A stretch of DNA of 64,000 nt from contig CAXXJV010000001.1 of assembly GCA_963663475.2 (NCBI GenBank), positions 1,216,001 through 1,280,000 on the forward strand, read 5' to 3'. The translations under genes and the position numbers were made by a program. Positions 57,701 to 64,000 of this stretch are shown here, piece after piece. Every line of letters begins with the position of its first letter. The first letter of the stretch is position 1. Below the pieces are notes generated by a model that saw only the letters and a program-made list of their open reading frames with translations, was not told where the DNA came from and did no database searches. The stretch comes from Candidatus Cloacimonadales bacterium (GTDB lineage Bacteria; Cloacimonadota; Cloacimonadia; Cloacimonadales; JAFGVF01).

Positions 57701-59726
57701 TCAGTTATGCTGGAACAATGTAACGATTAATGTCCCGGCAAATAGAACTTTATTTATAAATGGTTTTATATTTGATAAAAGATGTAGTAATGTTTCAATA
57801 AATATAGAAGGCACAATAAATTTGAGTAGTGAAATTGATTTTGGTACATCCTGTGCTTCTATTTATATAACTAACAATGGAATATGTAACATTGAAAATG
57901 CAACAATTAAAAAAGGAGAAGAATTCTCTATATTTTTCTGTGGTGATAACTTATCTGTAATTAACTCAGTGTTTAGTAATATGAGAAGAGCATTATTTAT
58001 AAATTCTAATGCCAATATAGTGACTATACAGGGTAATGAATTCAATGATTGTCCCAGAGCTATTGAAAGTATGGAGGGAGCAATTTTTGATATTCACAAC
58101 AATACATTTAATCAATGTTCGATTGGTATTGATGTTCGCACCGGATATAATAATAATAATTTAGATTATTCAGTTTCAGATAATGACTTTCTGAACTGTT
58201 CAACTGGAATTAAATTTTCAGGGAATGGTACCATAAATCAAGAGATAAATAATTGCACTTTTTATACATTAGATGCAGGGATAAAAATAGATGAAACCAA
58301 GCTAACAATTAGCAACTGTGAGTTTGAATCATACCGTAATTCTTTAGATAACGGGCAGAATATTGGTATTGATATTTACAAGGGTCGTTCTTCTTATAAT
58401 GATGATACCCGACCTAATTATGATATAAAATCTTGCGTTTTTATAAATAATCTGGTAGGAATTAGATTGAATGAATCTACCAGTAGAATTAAAGATTGTA
58501 TTTTTACAGAAACAAACAACAGAGGTATACTTCTTACTAATAATTCTAATGCTTGGCTAGAATTAGATGCAAATAATGTCTTTAAGAACGCGGAGGCACA
58601 TCTAGCATTTTTATTATCATCAAGTATTAATAATGATGCTTATCTTAAGTATGGACATAATGATTTTTATGACACTGCAATAAATGATATCAATTTTCAA
58701 GTTGATAATTCATCAACATTACTGACTGGCTCATTAGATTTGAATGGTAATTGGTGGGGCTCAGATTTCGGATTTGTACCGGAAGGGGCTGTATGGAATG
58801 ATTATATAGAGATATCAAACTTACAGTGGATAGATATAATTGCAGATTATTATAGAATGGATGTCAATCCGAATAATCCATTTTTTGCTAACCCTGATAA
58901 CAGATTTGATATTGCTTTTAATTGTTTAAATGATAATAGCTATACACAAGCATTAGGGTATTTTAGAGCAATAATTGAAGATCTAAATGAAAATGAAGAA
59001 AATAATTGGACTAAGAGTCTTACGATGATTTATGATTTATCGCAATCCCTAAACAGCGATAGCAATGAGTTAAAACTTTTCTATATCAGTTTCAGGGATA
59101 ATCTTCCTGATTTTCTATCACCTGAACAGCAAGATCATTATACCTATATAGTAAATAATATCTTAAAGAATCTTAGCATTGATATAAAAAACTATTCTGA
59201 AGCTGAACAGATTTTACTGGATAGAATTAATTATCCGATTTCAGAATCAGATGCAATTTTTGCTCAAATGGAATTAGAATACTTGTACTTTATCATCGAT
59301 CAGGGTGGAGAAAAAGGATACGATATGAAATTATCTAAACTAATGCCTGAAAGTATGCTTGAATTAGAAGAGATGCATAGGAATCATTGGACTGATATCT
59401 ATCAAATATTTGGTATGGAGGATTCTGAAACAAATAATGTTGTCCCTCAAACATTACAACTTCATCAAAATTATCCTAACCCATTCAATCCGGAAACAAC
59501 AATTAGCTTTGATATAGCAGATGAGTCGGTTGTGAAGTTACAGATTTACAACATCAAAGGACAGCGTGTTAAGACACTTGTGAATAATAAGTTAAGTCCA
59601 GGAATTCATTCAGTAGTTTGGAACGGAACAAACGAAAATTATAAAAGAGTATCTTCAGGAATCTATTTCTATAGAATTTCAACAGGTAAGGAGAATTTAA
59701 TTAATAAAATGATTCTCATGAAATAG
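54747..59726 (+). CDS. Large secreted protein: heparinase II/III-like region, beta-helix repeats, helical region, FlgD-like CTD
   Basis: Signal peptide; SH....GN.....D..F.ID.GY and AMNTVLVN; N..F..C..GI repeats; C-terminal QNYPNPFNPET.I...SGIYFYR...KMILMK. Confidence 0.75.
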   Translation: MTRKLFVIILVVLSCSLFSANRTFSISEDLLDDMRNSGDIVFRKAVGINSNPLPLNLVESITDYDRSVVGSYYSNLQAYALETYKAFFNYENGEYITDVDKLEEVVNHLAYGINFTGELGADYPSLHKLVTLDDASGTIRWPIDIETIFTTDLNGANDYDFFTIDSGYNERNILQYTLGYIAFIYDMVYYQIDEMPNSIVIRETIEAKIDNISTLLYTKMSNYGPTSTWDLEFQPLWYSYGDGQRQDLGFITLNSLGYLRLVIGEEPDEGILSWVLNKIDSTYPVEPSFYDGFSTIVGDKTDMLSYLTDNAGFFSSGIDYSSQTLKGSPEIFFSALKRSYGNSFNIWDSPKMSSWIEEIIINLGPNRTIIPWSEAWTIPLSTRLPGGMYSYYHNNTNNSEVRNKVKWFVNEYFSYTNIWPDNSLFSTFLPFGICYEPGVPSLNGQLALPIHIDNGYHTDSDFTLIGNEASSGSYFDSAFLAVNHNNSFYMERSHYQNEKGNYLFWYDNDYFIIDCGYQLRTKWGAYETTETDSTVTHDGKNFNNRCAWNRSRYAMNTVLVNPEIQDEQLYFEEFWKFEENNLPYPVFNNNIQTFDSKFSMRPSSLSFWDDYNNSNTVTDPIEKSFFLDYNTYKHLQTVNTFGTLDTSTSPNSFTEDGRYTYTRDFYKHDNGTVVILDNIKDNYRTSMNNYRNQFHINRSVSVDYYDDLFSLSRGDNIIHGAFSGLSSTIDYKFDYEGSTEFPHGVLTTTDYPTTTSPSGYSHERIRLESSDVYDETYLTVLYPEENSNIVNTTSDKSSSYYTYKIEKSSNGIDYHSITDKSWQNVWSSAEVRISTDASYSLVSYTDYNHSELDEMIIKEGDKLSINNIILFESHDSNDFEEVSVKFKTDNLISIMVKTDEICNNPKLKILRTMNNEEYTCLDVTNKYGTGHEDINGTNTNTLSAIYYDDNYFYVNYDTSELPSNALRVLRNETITLTEGNISLTNQLCWNNVTINVPANRTLFINGFIFDKRCSNVSINIEGTINLSSEIDFGTSCASIYITNNGICNIENATIKKGEEFSIFFCGDNLSVINSVFSNMRRALFINSNANIVTIQGNEFNDCPRAIESMEGAIFDIHNNTFNQCSIGIDVRTGYNNNNLDYSVSDNDFLNCSTGIKFSGNGTINQEINNCTFYTLDAGIKIDETKLTISNCEFESYRNSLDNGQNIGIDIYKGRSSYNDDTRPNYDIKSCVFINNLVGIRLNESTSRIKDCIFTETNNRGILLTNNSNAWLELDANNVFKNAEAHLAFLLSSSINNDAYLKYGHNDFYDTAINDINFQVDNSSTLLTGSLDLNGNWWGSDFGFVPEGAVWNDYIEISNLQWIDIIADYYRMDVNPNNPFFANPDNRFDIAFNCLNDNSYTQALGYFRAIIEDLNENEENNWTKSLTMIYDLSQSLNSDSNELKLFYISFRDNLPDFLSPEQQDHYTYIVNNILKNLSIDIKNYSEAEQILLDRINYPISESDAIFAQMELEYLYFIIDQGGEKGYDMKLSKLMPESMLELEEMHRNHWTDIYQIFGMEDSETNNVVPQTLQLHQNYPNPFNPETTISFDIADESVVKLQIYNIKGQRVKTLVNNKLSPGIHSVVWNGTNENYKRVSSGIYFYRISTGKENLINKMILMK

Positions 59727-59750
59727 GAAACATGGATTAATGTAATATGG

Positions 59751-59776
59751 TACAGAGGGAGAATTCTCTCTCTGTA
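59751..59776. terminator. Intergenic hairpin
   Basis: TACAGAGGGAG-aatt-CTCTCTCTGTA. Confidence 0.55.
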
Positions 59777-59826
59777 TTGAACTTAAACTTAAAGATATTG
59801 AGTGTAATATAGAAAAGGGAGTAAAA

Positions 59827-61602
59827 ATGAAGTTATTATTTGTGACTGTGCTATGTGTTTGTAGTGTTATTTTATGTGGTCAGGGGCTACAAGCTCCTGG
59901 TTTAGGGACAGAAGATGACCCGTATTTAATAAGCGAATTTGCTCATTTACTTTGGTTATCTGAGACTGAAGAGGTTTGGGATAGCTATTTTCTTCAAACT
60001 GCTGATATTGATGCTTCTGAGTCTATTAACTTAAATGATGGCTCTGGTTGGAATCCTATAGGGCATCCGTATTATGATGAGGAATCAGGATGGATAACTC
60101 CTTTTTTTTCTGGGGAGTATGATGGGGACAATAATGAAATTTGCAATCTTTATATTAATCACGATTATGGGGAATATATGGGGGTTTTTTGGCGGATAAA
60201 AGGTGGTAGCATCAGAGATCTATCTTTATTGAATTTTAATTTTACTGGAGGAGGTGGAGGACTACTATCAGCGAGTATTAGTTCGAATAGTTCTATCAAC
60301 AATGTTTCCGTTTCAGGAGAAATTACGAGTTATGGACCATGTGGGGGATTAGCATCTTATGTTCAAGATTCTATTATAGAATATTGTTCTTCAGAAGCAG
60401 TAATCAATTTAGTGGAAACAACATCTGATATTCAAAGAACTGGAGGTTTTATAGGAAGAGTTGCAGGTGGACTTATTCAAAACTGTGATAGTCGTTTAGA
60501 ATTGTCTAGCGTGAATGATGCTAGCTTTGTCGGTGGATTTATAGGTATGAACGATGGAGAGATTTTTCTTTGCCAAAGTGAATCATATATTGTGCTAAAT
60601 GGAGGTTCTTATATTGGAGGCTTTGTAGGAAGTAATGGTTATGATATTGTAGATTGTCACTCCTTTACAGAGATAGAATCATTAAATAATGAAACGCTAG
60701 AGTATGTTGGGGGATTTGCAGGGAGTATGAGAGGTAGTGATGCTGATAATCCAGATCCTCAATTCCCTGAAATAGCTGGTTGTAGTGCCAAAGGGTTTAT
60801 AACTGGCTCAGATTGTACTGGGGGGTTTATAGGTTCTGCACTGTTTTGTTTTATTTCTAATAGCTACACTATGGTTGATATCAATGCCCAGGAGAACAAT
60901 AATCCAATGATTAATCTTTTTGCCGGTGATTTTTATGTTCAACTTAATGGAGGTATTAATAGATCATATACAGCTAACCGAATTATAGGTTCAGATAGGG
61001 ATGCAGGTTTTACAATTCCTTTTGGGGGAGAATTCTGGGTAGGATATGATAATTATGTAGATTATGAAGTGGCAGAGATTAGTCCTGAAGTTTTAATTCA
61101 TGCTGATGGTATGACCACTGCTCAAATGAAAGATGTCGCAACTTATACTCAAGTTTATGACTATCTTCCCTGGGATTTCGTTGGAGATCCCTATGCTGAT
61201 GTTGCAAATTGGGATGTCTGGGATATTAACCCTGAAATTAATGACGGTTATCCTTACTTAACTTATAATATTATTGCAACTGATAATGAAGATTTAGAAG
61301 ATAGCATAGAACTTAATACAGTTTCTGAAGTTACTATACATTCATTATATCCTAATCCTTTTAATCCAACAACTACGATTTCATATAATCTTAAGCAAGC
61401 TGGTATTGTAGATGTCGAAATTTATAATATTAAAGGGCAAAAAGTCTATACAAAAGACTTAGCTCAGCAATCAGCCGGTTCTCATAATTTTACTTGGGAT
61501 GGAGTAAATAATCGAAATAGTAGAGTTGCTTCAGGCTTATATTTATTTAGAATTAAGACAGATAAAGGTGTTAGTAACACAAAAGGCATTCTCATGAAAT
61601 AG
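59827..61602 (+). CDS. Secreted GLUG-repeat protein with FlgD-like CTD
   Basis: G.GT.DDPY.I, QTADID, GW.PIG, repeated VGGF.G, INDGYPYL, YPNPFNP CTD ending ILMK. Confidence 0.82.
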   Translation: MKLLFVTVLCVCSVILCGQGLQAPGLGTEDDPYLISEFAHLLWLSETEEVWDSYFLQTADIDASESINLNDGSGWNPIGHPYYDEESGWITPFFSGEYDGDNNEICNLYINHDYGEYMGVFWRIKGGSIRDLSLLNFNFTGGGGGLLSASISSNSSINNVSVSGEITSYGPCGGLASYVQDSIIEYCSSEAVINLVETTSDIQRTGGFIGRVAGGLIQNCDSRLELSSVNDASFVGGFIGMNDGEIFLCQSESYIVLNGGSYIGGFVGSNGYDIVDCHSFTEIESLNNETLEYVGGFAGSMRGSDADNPDPQFPEIAGCSAKGFITGSDCTGGFIGSALFCFISNSYTMVDINAQENNNPMINLFAGDFYVQLNGGINRSYTANRIIGSDRDAGFTIPFGGEFWVGYDNYVDYEVAEISPEVLIHADGMTTAQMKDVATYTQVYDYLPWDFVGDPYADVANWDVWDINPEINDGYPYLTYNIIATDNEDLEDSIELNTVSEVTIHSLYPNPFNPTTTISYNLKQAGIVDVEIYNIKGQKVYTKDLAQQSAGSHNFTWDGVNNRNSRVASGLYLFRIKTDKGVSNTKGILMK

Positions 61603-61620
61603 AAATTTCCTTTACAAATA

Positions 61621-61649
61621 ACTCTCCTTCTTAATTTAAGAAGGAGAGT
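61621..61649. terminator. Intergenic hairpin
   Basis: ACTCTCCTTCTTA-att-TAAGAAGGAGAGT perfect 13-bp stem. Confidence 0.65.
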
Positions 61650-61677
61650 CTTAATATTTTAAAAAAGAGGTAGGCAG

Positions 61678-63807
61678 ATGTTAAAAAAATGTTTATTTAT
61701 GATATTAATAAGTATAATAAGTTTACTTTCACTTTGGTCCATAGAGGTGGGTGGTCACCTTACAGAAGACACAGTTTGGTCTCCGGACAACAACCCTTAT
61801 GAGGTTACTGAAATACTATATATTGATGCAGGGGTAACCCTCACAATTTTACCAGGAACTGAAGTAAAAATTAGTGGAGCTTCTTTAACATCTGGGCAGG
61901 ATTTTGATGCTAATTTTTGGATGTACTCAGGTGTTTCAGTTGCAAAATGGATCTGGGTTCATGGTAATATTATTGCTGAAGGAAGAGCTGAAGAACCAAT
62001 AATATTTACCAGATTACAAGAAGATAATACTTATCACTGGGGGACTATCTATTTTGATGAAGATGCAGGTATGCCCCGTTTTAGACATTGCAAATTCGAG
62101 TATTCTGCTGGGATAGGTATTGCTATCAATTGGCAAGTCTGGGGAGCTGTAAGCTTGTATTCAAGCTCAGGTATTTTTACTGATAATCTCTTTATTAACA
62201 ACTGCAGAGCTATCAATTTTGTGCTAGGTTATGTTAATAATGTTATAATAAAGGATAATACCTTTACTTATGATCAAAATTTACAAGCTGATTTAATAGA
62301 TTACTATCTTGCAGGATCTTACATTCATGTCAAATCAATTTATGGTATTGAAAGTCCCCAGCAAATACCCGCACTTATTGCTAATAACTATTTTTATAGT
62401 AATCAAATGATTAACTCAATACTAGGTTCCTACTATGTTAATAACACTAATATGGGTTCTACTGTTGATATTTACAACGGAGCTGATGAGTGTACTTATG
62501 AAAATTATATTTATAAGAACAGTTTTAGCACTTGGCTGACAGGTACATCAATTAATGCTTCTAGGGCTGATGAAATCTATATTAAAGCTAATACTTTTTT
62601 GAGTGGAGGCTGTGCACTTGATATTAATTATAGCTATTTGGAACTCGTTGATAATAGTTTTAGGGGGGGGAGTGTTTGCTTAGGACTTCACAGTTCAGGT
62701 AAAATGTACAACAATATTATGGATAGGGTAGCACTAAGTATGGGACCAGACTTCGAAGTTTTTCAGAATGTTATAAAGAAATTTGATACAGATGTTAATA
62801 ACTATGCTTTTCAAGCCTATCCAAAACTAAAGAGAAATAATATCTTTTATAATAACAACCAGCTTTTTTATGCAACATCAGATTCTGTTTTTATCAATAG
62901 TGTTTTTCTAGGTAATCGAAACATGTATAACAACACACCCACAGACCGCACAGAAACATTTCGTAACTGTATAGTAGATTTTTCATTAGAATACCCTTTT
63001 ATAGATGGTGGAGGTAACCTAGTTGTAGATTCTTTACAAGCTGAAGAAATTTTCCTTGATTTAGAGAATGAAGATTTTAGACTTTCTGCTAATAGTATTG
63101 CTATTGATGCTGGCTACGATAATACATGGGATTTCCATAATCCTTTTGATATGAATTATGGTCTTCGTCAATGGGATGGAGATGGAGATGGTACTAGTAC
63201 AATAGATATAGGAGTATATGAATATGGATCTCCTCAATTAGGTAAGATAGCAGGCTATATTACTTCCACAGAAGATAGTTCACCTGTTGATTATGTCTTA
63301 ATCAAAATTGATAATCAAGCAAATATATTTACTTTTGCTGATAGTGCAGGCTATTTTGAAATTCAACTTCCTGAAGGAAACTATGATCTGTATGCCAAGA
63401 GAGTATTTTATGATGATACAATTATCTATAATATTGATGTCCATAATGAAACTACTAGCCAGGTTAACTTTAATATGATAAATACTTTACCACCTGTCTC
63501 GAATGACATTAGTTCTTCCAACTCTATAGCTAATGAAATCATTTCCACAAGTTACCCAAATCCATTTAACCCAACTACAACTATCAGTTTTGAGCTACCA
63601 TCTGACGGAAATGTTGATGTATCTATCTACAACTTAAAAGGTCAGAAAGTAAAGAGCTTACAAAACGAATTTCTAAGAGCAGGAAATCATTCTTTAACAT
63701 GGGATGGTGAGGATGACGGTGGTAAAACTATCTCTTCAGGTATTTATTTCTATAGAATAAAAACACCTAAGTTATCAACCACCCAGAAAATTATCTTGAT
63801 GAAATAG
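61678..63807 (+). CDS. Secreted beta-helix protein with carboxypeptidase-regulatory-like domain and FlgD-like CTD
   Basis: W....PY.V....I..G.TLTI.PG, DF.L...S..IDAG, DGDG....DIGVYE, G.I.G.I..D..GYF.I.LP.G.Y, YPNPFNP CTD. Confidence 0.8.
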   Translation: MLKKCLFMILISIISLLSLWSIEVGGHLTEDTVWSPDNNPYEVTEILYIDAGVTLTILPGTEVKISGASLTSGQDFDANFWMYSGVSVAKWIWVHGNIIAEGRAEEPIIFTRLQEDNTYHWGTIYFDEDAGMPRFRHCKFEYSAGIGIAINWQVWGAVSLYSSSGIFTDNLFINNCRAINFVLGYVNNVIIKDNTFTYDQNLQADLIDYYLAGSYIHVKSIYGIESPQQIPALIANNYFYSNQMINSILGSYYVNNTNMGSTVDIYNGADECTYENYIYKNSFSTWLTGTSINASRADEIYIKANTFLSGGCALDINYSYLELVDNSFRGGSVCLGLHSSGKMYNNIMDRVALSMGPDFEVFQNVIKKFDTDVNNYAFQAYPKLKRNNIFYNNNQLFYATSDSVFINSVFLGNRNMYNNTPTDRTETFRNCIVDFSLEYPFIDGGGNLVVDSLQAEEIFLDLENEDFRLSANSIAIDAGYDNTWDFHNPFDMNYGLRQWDGDGDGTSTIDIGVYEYGSPQLGKIAGYITSTEDSSPVDYVLIKIDNQANIFTFADSAGYFEIQLPEGNYDLYAKRVFYDDTIIYNIDVHNETTSQVNFNMINTLPPVSNDISSSNSIANEIISTSYPNPFNPTTTISFELPSDGNVDVSIYNLKGQKVKSLQNEFLRAGNHSLTWDGEDDGGKTISSGIYFYRIKTPKLSTTQKIILMK

Positions 63808-63828
63808 TGTCATATAGGAGAAAAACAC

Positions 63829-64000
63829 ATGTTTAAACAGAAGATATTACTTTGTAGTTTACTACTTTTAGCATCACTTAATGCTTATGAGCTTATCTTT
63901 GAAGATAGTTTTGAATCATATCAAGACTTTAGTCAGCAATTTGATCCGTGGGTCCTAAGAGATGTTGATTTATTCCCTACTTGGGGACTACATGATTACT
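63829..64000 (+). CDS. Secreted protein, cleaved-adhesin-like N-terminus (partial, runs off window end)
   Basis: AGGAG RBS; MFKQKILLCSLLLLASLNAYELIFEDSFESYQDF...W...DVD...TWG. Confidence 0.65.
   Translation, partial: MFKQKILLCSLLLLASLNAYELIFEDSFESYQDFSQQFDPWVLRDVDLFPTWGLHDY

Noticed and set aside
2315..58045. Short antisense or alternate-frame ORFs overlapping long genes (e.g. 2315, 3355, 8125, 12441, 28420, 35342, 40507, 55834, 57058)
   Set aside because: Shadow ORFs of well-supported genes with no motifs or RBS

Overview
AT-rich bacterial chromosomal window. The FlgD-like 'YPNPFNP...LMK' C-terminal domains, a PorV-like barrel, Ptb enzymes and a KamC-like ATPase suggest an anaerobic FCB-group organism, most likely Ca. 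Cloacimonadota (inference, not database-checked). The first ~32 kb is mostly housekeeping and metabolism: GldA/GldF-like ABC transporter, MFS, hybrid kinase, Fe-ADH, REC-PP2C-kinase with glycosyltransferases, leuS, tdk, yggT, divIVA, PNP, dksA-like, lspA, two ptb, a tandem deoxynucleoside kinase, dxs, yhbY and mnmE. At 33.2-48.2 kb is a complete type I-B CRISPR-Cas locus (cas6-cas8b-cas7-cas5-cas3-cas1-cas2-cas4) with a probable internally translated cas11 and an array of 88 copies (hand count) of a 37-bp repeat. Several spacers translate into phage structural-protein-like peptides, and two spacer pairs differ almost only at synonymous sites. Downstream are a 3x344-bp tandem repeat, a MutS-V/KamC-like ATPase, an ECF sigma module with an unannotated 47-aa peptide, a divergent ECF-like protein with a long C-terminal extension, and a run of large secreted CTD proteins. 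Intergenic regions contain at least six families of REP/MITE-like palindromic modules in reshuffled mosaics, with no transposase in the window. The best candidates for something undescribed are an 820-bp inverted-repeat-bounded unit (basic ORF plus perfect 21-bp palindrome) upstream of cas6, the modular repeat mosaics, the two ECF modules and the fused two-domain dNK. No rRNA or tRNA was recognised.
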